A program made the position numbers and the translations under genes. Positions 1-8,638 of a stretch of 64,000 nucleotides of DNA are shown here, piece after piece. This DNA comes from Collinsella sp. (lineage in GTDB: Bacteria; Actinomycetota; Coriobacteriia; Coriobacteriales; Coriobacteriaceae). Location of the stretch: contig JAGZYM010000005.1 in NCBI GenBank assembly GCA_018377855.1, positions 15,567 to 79,566 on the forward strand. The letters are read 5' to 3'. How positions within the stretch are numbered: the stretch's first letter is position 1; each line of letters starts with the position of its first letter. The notes beneath the pieces were generated by a model that worked only from the letters and a program-made list of their open reading frames with translations, was not told where the DNA came from and made no database searches.

Positions 1-38
1 CAAACCCAATCGAGCACCAATCAAAACCGCGATCAATC

Positions 39-722
39 TTACCCCGCCACACACACCGGGCGCCCGGCCCCTTCTTGGGTGCCCCTCTCCTCCGCATATT
101 CCATAATGCGGCGCGCCGTTTTCCTGCTCACCTTTGAGTCATCGCCGGCCAAGTATGCGTATACGTTTCCTTTATTCAGGCGCAGAGCACGGCAGAGGCC
201 ATAGCGCGTTACACCCGATTCCTCCAATGCTTCCAGCGTTTTCTTTCTCATCAGGGCGTTCACCCTTCTATCGGCCGCCGGCTTTTCCTTCACCGCTCTA
301 TACGCACGCCAAACGTTGGCATAACGATTTGGGAGCTCACTTTTGGCGCATAGAGACGCCATGCTACCCGCTTGACCGTACAAGGATAAAACGTCTCGGT
401 AATCCCGTTCCATCCACGAGCCCTCGGATAAACCCAGAACGTATTCGGCTTTTCCTTGCGCCAAAGCGAGCAAAAACAGAGGCTCCGCCACGCGCGGCGC
501 ATCCGTCGTCGCCTGCTCAACCAATTTTCTAAAACTCAGCGACCGCTGTCCGGATAGCTCTCGGCAATAGCCTTTTAAGAATCCCTCAAAGGTCAGATTC
601 AACCGAGCACCTCCTTTTTGTATTGCCTGTATGCACAGACCATCTCTTGATAACTCCGCTCCGAAGGCGACGACGCCAGCGCCTCTCCCTCGTCGAATAT
701 AAGCCGTTCGAGCAACCCCCAA
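39..722 (-). CDS. hypothetical protein with C-terminal XRE-like HTH segment; annotated start at 722 overlaps the upstream gene by 124 nt so the true start is probably further downstream (non-ATG or internal)
   Basis: ORF track 227 aa; C-terminal ...GLCRALRLNKGNVYAYLAGDDSKVSRKTARRIMEY resembles a helix-turn-helix; local GC lower than the genome background. Confidence 0.35.
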   Translation of the reverse strand: MGVARTAYIRRGRGAGVVAFGAELSRDGLCIQAIQKGGARLNLTFEGFLKGYCRELSGQRSLSFRKLVEQATTDAPRVAEPLFLLALAQGKAEYVLGLSEGSWMERDYRDVLSLYGQAGSMASLCAKSELPNRYANVWRAYRAVKEKPAADRRVNALMRKKTLEALEESGVTRYGLCRALRLNKGNVYAYLAGDDSKVSRKTARRIMEYAEERGTQEGAGRPVCVAG

Positions 723-1129
723 TCAAGTCGGTCGACGAATGCCTGACTATGAAGATCGATGATGTCGTTCGGACGACAGGCATAGAGCTTCATTACCGCC
801 AGGTCCTCCAAGGATGGCGTAAAGTACCTGATAAAACGCGCCCCAATATCCAAGGGAATCAAACGATCTTCGTAATTGAACGGCATCTGATTACAATATG
901 CCACCGCCATACCATTCACCTCGGGGTATCGAGCTATGATCTCGCGGAGGCACCTATCTGCCTCAAACACATCAATGTCATGTGTAACCGAACGATTCGT
1001 CACATCGTTTAGCATGAAGGCGCTTCCTCCCACCAATACAACGTTCGGCCTGTCGTCTCTTGGACCTATTTCCAGCTCCGCCTCTTCGTCAATGCCCAAA
1101 AGAGTCTGTTCTAAATCCTGCTTATACAT
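599..1129 (-). CDS. putative minimal nucleotidyltransferase-fold protein
   Basis: 176 aa; VVLVGGSAFML...SVTHDIDVF fits the hG[GS]x(9-13)Dh[DE]h nucleotidyltransferase signature. Confidence 0.4.
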   Translation of the reverse strand: MYKQDLEQTLLGIDEEAELEIGPRDDRPNVVLVGGSAFMLNDVTNRSVTHDIDVFEADRCLREIIARYPEVNGMAVAYCNQMPFNYEDRLIPLDIGARFIRYFTPSLEDLAVMKLYACRPNDIIDLHSQAFVDRLDWGLLERLIFDEGEALASSPSERSYQEMVCAYRQYKKEVLG

Positions 1130-1252
1130 AACAAATCCTATTATTATTCATCTTCAATAATACTATTAAGTCGCATGACAGGACCCACAGGATGCGAGGA
1201 TTCTACTCATGGCGATAATCCCTACACCCTAGAAGTCCTAATGTGACAAACG

Positions 1253-1699
1253 CTAACTCTCCCAGCCGGCGCGGATTGTTGTTATGACATCGCCTAGGCG
1301 CTGGCCGAGGGCTGACAGATGTTGGAGCACCTCGTTGGGCGATGCGCCGTTGAGGATGCACGTGAGGGCATACGACGCCAGAAAGATGGCCGCAAGCCCT
1401 AACGGGATGAGCACGATCATCGCCAATATGCGCAAGCGCTGGCCCACACGGCGACGACGCGCACGACGCTTGTCGAACGCGAGCTCCCGCGCATATGAAT
1501 CTTGCTGTACGGAATAGGCCTCTGGCGCCGATTTACACCCGGGCACAGCTGCAGGTACAGCAGCGGGCACGACATTTTGCGCAAAGGGCTGGGCTGCCGC
1601 CCCTTGCATTTGCATCTCTATAAGCCGTTGCTGTTGGCGCAACATGCGCTCGGCTTGTTGCTGCGGAGTCTCAAGAAACAGATCCATGCTGGCCTCCAA
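1253..1699 (-). CDS. hypothetical membrane protein (Gln-rich N-terminus, RRARRRR juxtamembrane, one C-terminal TM helix)
   Basis: ORF track 148 aa; hydrophobic segment MIVLIPLGLAAIFLASYALTCIL. Confidence 0.4.
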   Translation of the reverse strand: MEASMDLFLETPQQQAERMLRQQQRLIEMQMQGAAAQPFAQNVVPAAVPAAVPGCKSAPEAYSVQQDSYARELAFDKRRARRRRVGQRLRILAMIVLIPLGLAAIFLASYALTCILNGASPNEVLQHLSALGQRLGDVITTIRAGWES

Positions 1700-1932
1700 A
1701 ATCGGAGCATTCGACGCTTACGACCAGCATCCCGCACCGCCATGACCGCGACAACGCAATCGCCGGCAATAGCCACAAAGTTTCTTCTGCTCAAAAGCTG
1801 TCGAAAAGCTCAACAACTCCCCTACCAGCACTTTCTCTGAGCTTTTTTCGCCAACAATCTTTTGGCCTTCCACCCTTACGCCAACTGACCAAAATCTAAC
1901 CAATAGCTTGACGAAAATTGTGGAGACCGGGA

Positions 1933-2104
1933 CCCCACACAAAAAGTGCCGCCCCAAAGGGGCGGCACACAAACTTATTATCAGCTTTTCTGTAACGAGC
2001 ATGCGACGACTCAACGCCGGGGCGCAGGGCGGGGAAACCTTTGCCTCGCGCGACCCTGCGAAGCCGTGAGCGAGAGGGGAAGGTTTCCCCGCCCTGCGCC
2101 CCGT
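1933..2104. repeat. structured repeat element copy 1: intrinsic-terminator-like hairpin (1946-1968, GTGCCGCCCC-AAAG-GGGCGGCAC, U-tract on minus strand) plus about 85-nt long hairpin with conserved loop
   Basis: Second copy at 2832-3005; outer 19-bp stems differ completely in sequence yet stay perfectly complementary; loop core GCGACCCTGCGAAGCCGTGAGCGAG is identical in both. Confidence 0.6.
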
Positions 2105-2120
2105 GGTCGGTGAGAACAGA

Positions 2121-2762
2121 CTACATGCCCGCGAGACCGCGGGCGGCGGTGGCGCACATAAATGCCAAGACGAGAATCACGAGCGACCCGGCGATGTCTG
2201 CCAGCACGCCCATTACGCGGCGCTCAAACAGCCAACTCTCAAAGTGCGGGGCGACGTTGCGCCAAACACGCCACAGCAAGATGCCCATACCGATGACGCC
2301 CGGGATATTGAGCAGTAGGATCTCGGAGCACAAAAGACCGATCAGGTTGCCGGCAACAAAACCAGCATCGCCCTCGCAGTATTTGCGGTAGACCATATAC
2401 AGCATGTACGCCACAAACGGCTGCAAGCACGCAGAAATAAACGTAACCACCATCGAGGGCTCCTGCGAAAAGACCTCGGTGAGCTTATCCACGCTCGTGG
2501 CATCCTTAGAGGCCAGGAACAGGCCAATGACCACCACAGGCACCACGCCCAAGATGACCTCGACCATCGTAAACAGCTTGGCGGTCAAGTCCTCACTAGC
2601 CGAATTCAAATGGGGCGCCCACTCAGGATGAGCATGCGCACCGACCTTCTTGCCCTTCTCAGCACGATTGGCCTTTTCACCCTCGGCAACCCGACGACCA
2701 GGATCCTTGCGAGTTCCCGCCGCAGCAACCCGAGCCCGAGACTTCTTACCCATAACCAACAC
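2121..2762 (-). CDS. hypothetical polytopic membrane protein (Lys/Arg-rich N-terminus, about 5 TM segments)
   Basis: ORF track 213 aa; multiple hydrophobic stretches; start uncertain. Confidence 0.45.
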   Translation of the reverse strand: MLVMGKKSRARVAAAGTRKDPGRRVAEGEKANRAEKGKKVGAHAHPEWAPHLNSASEDLTAKLFTMVEVILGVVPVVVIGLFLASKDATSVDKLTEVFSQEPSMVVTFISACLQPFVAYMLYMVYRKYCEGDAGFVAGNLIGLLCSEILLLNIPGVIGMGILLWRVWRNVAPHFESWLFERRVMGVLADIAGSLVILVLAFMCATAARGLAGM

Positions 2763-2831
2763 CTCACAAGAGGAAACGAATAGCCAACGCTACCCAGTGT
2801 ACCCTCTAAGCAACGTCACCGCCCCAACCGG

Positions 2832-3005
2832 CCCCCACAAAAACGTGCCGCCCCATAAGGGGCGGCACACAAACTTTTTTATCAGCTTTTCTGTAGCGAG
2901 CACGCGACGACCCAAAGCGGGCCGGGAGGGCCGGACTACCTTCCCTCAACGCGACCCTGCGAAGCCGTGAGCGAGGAGGGAAGGTAGTCCGGCCCTCCCG
3001 GCCCA
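2832..3005. repeat. structured repeat element copy 2 (terminator-like hairpin 2845-2868 plus long covarying hairpin 2918-3004)
   Basis: Same architecture as 1933-2104; lies immediately 3' of the rubrerythrin stop (3026) on the minus strand. Confidence 0.6.
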
Positions 3006-3025
3006 GCTCACGCTAGCGCCAAGCG

Positions 3026-3565
3026 CTAGTAGTTCACCACCTGCTCCTCAAAGTACGCCTTCGGGTGGTTACACACCGGGCACACCTCAGGCGCCTCGGC
3101 ACCAACGTGCAGGTGCCCGCAGTTCAGGCACTTCCACACCTTTACGCCCTCGCGCTCAAACACCTCGCCCGACTCGATGCGCTCGACGAGTTTGCTGTAG
3201 CGCTCCTCGTGGGCCTTCTCGACGGCGGCGACACCACGGAACTTTGCGGCAATCTCGGCAAAGCCCTCCTCCTCGGCGGTCTTGGCAAACTCGTCGTACA
3301 TCGTGGTCCACTCGTAGTTCTCGCCCGCAGCGGCGTCACGCAGGTTGTCCAGAGTGCCCGGAACGGCGCCGTCGTGCAGATACTTAAACCACAGCTTGGC
3401 GTGCTCGGACTCGTTGCCCGCCGTCTCGGCAAAAATATTCGAGATCTGAACGTAGCCGTCCTTTTTGGCCTTGGATGCATAGTAGCGATACTTGGTGTGT
3501 GCCTGGGACTCACCGGCAAAAGCGGTCTCGAGGTTCTTCTTGGTTTGGGAATTCTCAAAATCCAT
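3026..3565 (-). CDS. rbr: rubrerythrin (ferritin-like diiron domain plus C-terminal rubredoxin-like CxxC...CxxC)
   Basis: [26 protein letters not shown]... ; C-terminal KCLNCGH...CPVCNHPK; ATG at 3565 preceded by AAGGGAAG RBS (ORF track extends to TTG at 3583). Confidence 0.9.
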   Translation of the reverse strand: MDFENSQTKKNLETAFAGESQAHTKYRYYASKAKKDGYVQISNIFAETAGNESEHAKLWFKYLHDGAVPGTLDNLRDAAAGENYEWTTMYDEFAKTAEEEGFAEIAAKFRGVAAVEKAHEERYSKLVERIESGEVFEREGVKVWKCLNCGHLHVGAEAPEVCPVCNHPKAYFEEQVVNY

Positions 3566-3679
3566 AGGTGTACTTCCCTTCAACGCATGCCGCCCGTAGG
3601 CTTCGAGCGGCCTCGTCTTTAGGATGCCCTCATGCCGAAAATCTAAACCTTACAATCCTGTTCTTCAGATTTGCACAGG

Positions 3680-4585
3680 CTAGATGCTCAGCCAGCGATC
3701 GCCCTCAGCTCGGCAAAAGCCCTCACGCTCCAGGTCGGCTAGAATGCCCGCGATCAAGTCGTGCTCGACCGGCCCACGCCCAGCCGCCGCTTCCATCTCG
3801 TTAACGCCCGCCACGGCATCAGCAAGCGTAATCCCCGCCGGCTGGCCATCGCGCGCTGCCAGCAACATACGCACGATATGCGCGCGCTTTTGGCGACGCG
3901 AGCCCTCAAACTTTGATTGACGGCTATAGCCCGCCGAGCGCCTGGACGGATTGGGCAACGTCTTTTTTAGATATGCGCCGTAATCTAGCAACGCGTAATA
4001 CCACGCGCGCGGCGTGTCAGCATCGTCTTGAGGCGCGGCAAAGGGCGCAATCTCATCCGCCGCCGCACCAGAGGCCGCCGGACAGGCGGCTTGGATCAGC
4101 GGCACCAGCTCGCGATCGGGAACGGCCGGCACATCGGGAAAGAAATGATGCAAAAAGACCGTGCGCACGTTGGTCTCCAGATACACGCCCGGAAGATCAA
4201 ACGCAAACGACCGGATACCCTGCGCCGTTGCCGGGCCAATACCAGGCAGAGCGACCAAGTCACGCGTCTCACGCGGAAACTCCCCGCCCCAGTCCTCTAC
4301 AACGCGCTGAGCGGCCCCGTGAAGCGCCAGAGCGCGTCGGTTGTAGCCCATCCCCTGCCAAGCGTCCAAAACATCCGAAGGCGCGGCCTGGGCAAGCGCC
4401 TGCACGGTCGGAAAACGATTGAGCCACACCGGCATGCGCGCCTCCACACGCGGCACCTGTGTTTGCTGCAACATGACCTCAGAAAGCCAAATGATGTACG
4501 GATCGCGTGTACGGCGCCACGGAAGGTCGCGATAACGCAGGACCCCTTCCGAACGAATCATCGAACGAAAGGGGTCCTGAATCAT
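3680..4585 (-). CDS. HhH-GPD superfamily base-excision DNA glycosylase, MutY/Nth-like N-terminus, lacking the [4Fe-4S] Cys cluster
   Basis: N-terminus ...DPYIIWLSEVMLQQTQVPRV... and HhH motif LVALPGIGPATAQGI typical of MutY; only one Cys in the region where C-x6-C-x2-C-x5-C is expected; short non-NUDIX C-terminal domain. Confidence 0.75.
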   Translation of the reverse strand: MIQDPFRSMIRSEGVLRYRDLPWRRTRDPYIIWLSEVMLQQTQVPRVEARMPVWLNRFPTVQALAQAAPSDVLDAWQGMGYNRRALALHGAAQRVVEDWGGEFPRETRDLVALPGIGPATAQGIRSFAFDLPGVYLETNVRTVFLHHFFPDVPAVPDRELVPLIQAACPAASGAAADEIAPFAAPQDDADTPRAWYYALLDYGAYLKKTLPNPSRRSAGYSRQSKFEGSRRQKRAHIVRMLLAARDGQPAGITLADAVAGVNEMEAAAGRGPVEHDLIAGILADLEREGFCRAEGDRWLSI

Positions 4586-4606
4586 GGCTATGCTCCTTAT
4601 GCGGCG

Positions 4607-5092
4607 CTATTCCTCCCGGTAAGCGCACGCGCAGGTGGCGTACTCGGGAAACGCTTCGCGGTCGGCGAACTTGGGATCGACGGCCGGGAACTGGCGGTGA
4701 GCGACGATGTCGCCGAGCGAAACGGAATCGAGGTAGTCGCGCATCAACGCCTGAGCTCCGGCCCACAGGGGATGATAGCAGCACGCGCCCATGCGCGCAC
4801 AGTCACCATCGGGCGCGGTGCAATCGTTCATAACCATAGGACCCTGAACGGCCTCGACGACCTGGCGGATAGTGACGTCGTCCGGACTAACCTTGAGACG
4901 CATGCCACCGTGGACGCCACGCAGGCTCTCCACAATACCGGCCTGGACCAAACCGTGCTGAATCGAGCGGGCAAACGAATACGGGACATTGACCTCTTCG
5001 GCAGCGGTGCGAACAGAAAGCAAACGCTCCGGATCCTCGGCAAGCATCGCCAGCATACGAAGGGCGTAATCAGTCTTCCTCGATATGTCCAT
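4607..5092 (-). CDS. Rrf2-family transcriptional regulator (IscR/NsrR-like, Cys-containing)
   Basis: MDISRKTDYALRMLAMLA... classic Rrf2 wHTH; C-terminal cysteines CTAPDGDCARMGACC; start taken at the internal Met 5092 (ORF track 5200). Confidence 0.85.
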   Translation of the reverse strand: MDISRKTDYALRMLAMLAEDPERLLSVRTAAEEVNVPYSFARSIQHGLVQAGIVESLRGVHGGMRLKVSPDDVTIRQVVEAVQGPMVMNDCTAPDGDCARMGACCYHPLWAGAQALMRDYLDSVSLGDIVAHRQFPAVDPKFADREAFPEYATCACAYREE

Positions 5093-5420
5093 TTTTCCCC
5101 TTTCAAGGAATACGAACAGCTCGAACGAGTTCCGGGGCCGAGCTTGTGTCGAGACGCTAAATGACCGCCAGGACATCCAAATGGTAAATCGGATATCCAC
5201 TGAGTGCCGCGCTTGGAGCGAAATGCATCAGATGCGGCGCACAGTGCAATTTAGTATAACCTAACCCCTTGTCTCGTAGAACAGGTGTTGCGCAACAAAG
5301 CTGTTGTTCAGACAGATATACTTATTGGATTTTACTTGCGTTCCCGAAGGCGCGGGGATTCTGGGCGAAGATCCACCAGGGCGATCGTTCTATCGAAACA
5401 AAGTGCATCAAACGCAAAAA

Positions 5421-5440
5421 GCCACGTCCGAAGACGTGGC
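5421..5440. terminator. bidirectional intrinsic terminator hairpin (GCCACGTC-CGAA-GACGTGGC flanked by A5/T3)
   Basis: On the minus strand the hairpin is followed by a UUUUUGCGUUUG tract, directly 3' of tRNA-Asp. Confidence 0.6.
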
Positions 5441-5451
5441 TTTAATTGCGT

Positions 5452-5529
<78 letters not shown>

Positions 5530-5648
5530 AGGCAGTCGTTCGCGTTTGTTTCCGCTCGCGTGCGCTGCGGGGATTAGTATACACAGAAGTCTGTCCGGCG
5601 CGCAACAACTTTTTTGAAAAAATTTTTCGGGGTCATCCGGGAGGGTCT

Positions 5649-5794
5649 CCGGGGCCGGCTGGCGCGGGTTAAGTTTGCTGCTCTACAGTCCTGCGCAAGA
5701 CGGAAAGCACATTAAGTGCTTTCCTTTGCGTGCGGAACTCGCGACAAACTTAACCCGCGCCAGCCGGCCCCGGAGACCCTCCCTGCCGTCACTT
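5649..5794. repeat. perfect 39-bp inverted repeat (arms 5649-5687 and 5756-5794) enclosing a 68-nt spacer with an inner hairpin (5712-5734)
   Basis: GGGAGGGTCTCCGGGGCCGGCTGGCGCGGGTTAAGTTTG ... exact reverse complement; located between tRNA-Asp and the metallophosphoesterase stop. Confidence 0.7.
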
Positions 5795-5941
5795 TGTTCG
5801 AGCCGTTGTTGTTGCTCGCCGCTTCGCGGCTCGGCGGCCCCGTTCTCCGCGGCGGGGTTGGTCTGATGGATCTTGTTGAAGCTCGGCCATTGGCTCAAAT
5901 GGAAACGGGGGACGCATCTGCATCCCCCGTTTTTGTTGTGA

Positions 5942-6409
5942 TTACTCTAGGTCAATAAACTTAGTGCTTAGGATCTTGCCGTCTTTTACTAGCATTCTGG
6001 CCATGGTGGGGCCTCGGGTGCCTCTGGGGTAGCTGGCGCTGCCCGGGTTGAGGACTAAGCAACGGCCCACTTGGACTTCTTTGGTTACGTGGGTGTGGCC
6101 GTTGATGGCTACGTCTACGGATCCCACCGGAAGGTCTTCGCGGTAGTGGGCTACGGCGAATTTAAGGCCTTCGTAGGTAAAGAGCGCAAGACGGTCTACA
6201 TCGGGGCCGTAGTCGCGGTAGTAATCGTTGTTACCCAGTACGGCCCGCACGGGGGCGATGGTGCATAGGTGCTCGTAGTCCATCTCTGACGTGAGGTCGC
6301 CGGCATGGATAATCAGATCCGCGCCCTCAAGCTCATCCAAGAGCGCAGGCGATAAATAGCCGTGGGTGTCCGAGATGATGTCGATACGCTTGGCGCTTGC
6401 ACTGTTCAT
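5942..6409 (-). CDS. metallophosphoesterase (YfcE/MJ0936-family phosphodiesterase)
   Basis: DIISDTHGY...IHAGDL...GNND...NGHTHV... calcineurin-like motifs. Confidence 0.85.
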   Translation of the reverse strand: MNSASAKRIDIISDTHGYLSPALLDELEGADLIIHAGDLTSEMDYEHLCTIAPVRAVLGNNDYYRDYGPDVDRLALFTYEGLKFAVAHYREDLPVGSVDVAINGHTHVTKEVQVGRCLVLNPGSASYPRGTRGPTMARMLVKDGKILSTKFIDLE

Positions 6410-6505
6410 GGGATCCCTTCCGCAAAAAACGATTCGGCAGATACATACAAAAAAGGCCCCACGGCTCCGCAGACGATGGGTCTACAGGGCTGCGGGGCCA
6501 GTGTG

Positions 6506-7222
6506 CTAGAGACTCAGAGCCTTCTTGAGCGGCACGACGCGGCGGCGCGAAACCGGCACGCGTTCGTCGACGCCCGTAATGCCCAGCTGGATGGCGCCCG
6601 AGGGCACCGTCTCCACATCCGTGACGCACGCCAAGTTGACGATATAGCGGCGGTGAACACGGAAGAAGCCAAAGTCGCAGAGCTTGGCCTCAAACTGCGC
6701 CAGCGAGGTCGTCGACAAAAAGCGATCATCGACGGTATAGATGCAGGAGTAATCGTCCTTGGCCATGATAAAGCGAATGTCGTCCACGGGAATGAGCACC
6801 TTGCGGCCGCCCTTTTCCACCGGGATACGCTCGATGGTCACCTTGCTGTCCGTAACCGGCTTGGTGCGTTGCATGACCTTCTCGATCGCGCGATCCAAGC
6901 GAGCTTCCTCGACCGGCTTCATCAGATAATCGACGGCATCCACGTCGAATGCCTCGACCGCATGGTCACTATACGCAGTCACAAACACGATCGCCGGCGG
7001 ATTTTTGAGCTTATGCAGCGCCTCGGCAAGTTGCAGGCCCGAGGCACCGGGCATCGAAATATCGAGAAACACGACATCCACGCGACTTTCCATAAGCATC
7101 TCGATGGCGGAGCGGACGCTCGACGCCTCCGTGATCGTGCCGATCTTGCCCGTTTGCTCGAGCAGGAAGCGAAGCTCCGAGCGAGCCGGCGCCTCATCAT
7201 CCACAATCATCGCACGCAGCAT
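6506..7222 (-). CDS. LytTR-family response regulator (REC + LytTR DNA-binding domain)
   Basis: MLRAMIVDDE...VVFLDISMPG...; C-terminal LytTR domain; start at internal Met (ORF track 7243). Confidence 0.9.
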   Translation of the reverse strand: MLRAMIVDDEAPARSELRFLLEQTGKIGTITEASSVRSAIEMLMESRVDVVFLDISMPGASGLQLAEALHKLKNPPAIVFVTAYSDHAVEAFDVDAVDYLMKPVEEARLDRAIEKVMQRTKPVTDSKVTIERIPVEKGGRKVLIPVDDIRFIMAKDDYSCIYTVDDRFLSTTSLAQFEAKLCDFGFFRVHRRYIVNLACVTDVETVPSGAIQLGITGVDERVPVSRRRVVPLKKALSL

Positions 7223-7294
7223 AGGGATAAAACCTTTCGTCAACTAACTACGCCGGGCATCCGTCGCATGACGTTGAGCCCGTAGCCTTTTATT

Positions 7295-8638
7295 TTACTC
7301 TTGAATGTCGAAGATGCTCTCTGACAAATCAAGATGAAGGAGCACTTTGGTGCCCTTGCCCGGCGCCGATTCGACACGCGTATAGGAGTGCGGCCCATAA
7401 AAGCGATGGATGCGCTCCGAAATATTGTGCATGGCCACACCGGCGCCGCCGCCCTGCGGGGAGCTGGCGTCGGGACGGGCGGAGCGTTCGTCAAACAGTC
7501 TGGCAGCGGTGCCTTCGTCCATGCCCACGCCGTTATCGGCGACCACAATCAAAATCGCATCTTCGCCATCCCTGTGGACCGACACGTCGATCCTCAGTGC
7601 ATCGTCGTCGCCCATACCATGGCGCACGGCATTCTCGACGATTGGCTGGATTACAAATGCCGGCACCAGCGTGTCCTCGACGTCCCCGGACACGTCGAAG
7701 GTCGCCAGCACGCGATCCTCGCCAAAGCGCGCCTTCTCAAACGTCAGGTAGCGCTTGGTCTGCGCGACCTCGCGCGACACGGGAATGAGCGAGCCCGAAT
7801 TGTCGAGCGTGGCGCGATAGAACGAGGAGAACTCGCGCAGCAGCTCGCGGGCGCGCAGCGGATCGGTACGCGTAAACGACGCGATGGTGTTGAGCGTGTT
7901 GAACAGAAAATGCGGGTTGATCTGTGCCTGCAGGGCACGCACCTCGGCACGCGCCGTGAGCTCCTTTTGCACCTCGAGCTCGTGGATGGCGAGCTGCGTG
8001 GACAGGATCTCGGCAAAACCCGAGGCAAGCGCGTACTGAGTGCGGTCGACGGCACGCGGGGTCTTGTAGTAGAACTTGAGCGTGCCGACGGTGCGGTCGC
8101 CCACCTTGATAGGAGCGATGATACCGGCAGGAACATGGTTGTGCGAGCCATCCGAGCCCACCACGTCCACCACACGGTTGAACGACTGGACGATACCGTG
8201 CTCGATGACGTAGCGCGTGGCAAGTGTGTGGATGGGCGAATCGGGCAGCAGCTTTTCCTCAAACTCGCCCGCGCAGGCCAGCACGTTGCTCTCGTCGGTG
8301 ATGGCAACCGTCATGGCACGCGTCTCGGGCAAAATGCGCTGGCACACCAGACGCGCCGACTCCTGCGTCAGACCGCCTTTGATGTCCTCGAGCATGGCAG
8401 AGGCCACCGAGAGCGTCTCTTCGGTGTACTGCGAACGCACCGAATCGGGATTGAGCGTCAAATAGATAAAAATGCACAGAAAGATGCACAGCAGTGCGCA
8501 GGCGACCACGGTCGCGATCGGCTCGATTCCAGTCGCCAGGGCAAAAATAAAGTACACCAGCACGCAAATGGCGCAGACAACGGCGATCACGCGAAAGATT
8601 GATATTGAATTATCGCGCTGGGCGCGGCGGTCGATCAT
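7295..8638 (-). CDS. LytS/YehU-type sensor histidine kinase (TM + GAF + His_kinase + HATPase_c)
   Basis: NPHFLFNTLNTIASF motif (PF06580-type); C-terminal ATPase G-boxes; 4-nt overlap with the upstream gene. Confidence 0.9.
   Translation of the reverse strand: MIDRRAQRDNSISIFRVIAVVCAICVLVYFIFALATGIEPIATVVACALLCIFLCIFIYLTLNPDSVRSQYTEETLSVASAMLEDIKGGLTQESARLVCQRILPETRAMTVAITDESNVLACAGEFEEKLLPDSPIHTLATRYVIEHGIVQSFNRVVDVVGSDGSHNHVPAGIIAPIKVGDRTVGTLKFYYKTPRAVDRTQYALASGFAEILSTQLAIHELEVQKELTARAEVRALQAQINPHFLFNTLNTIASFTRTDPLRARELLREFSSFYRATLDNSGSLIPVSREVAQTKRYLTFEKARFGEDRVLATFDVSGDVEDTLVPAFVIQPIVENAVRHGMGDDDALRIDVSVHRDGEDAILIVVADNGVGMDEGTAARLFDERSARPDASSPQGGGAGVAMHNISERIHRFYGPHSYTRVESAPGKGTKVLLHLDLSESIFDIQE

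Noticed and set aside
2041-2970. Plus-strand ORFs 2041-2391 and 2650-2970 spanning the repeat elements
   Set aside because: They run through the conserved hairpin repeats and the minus-strand membrane-protein gene. The repeat structure explains the sequence better than coding.
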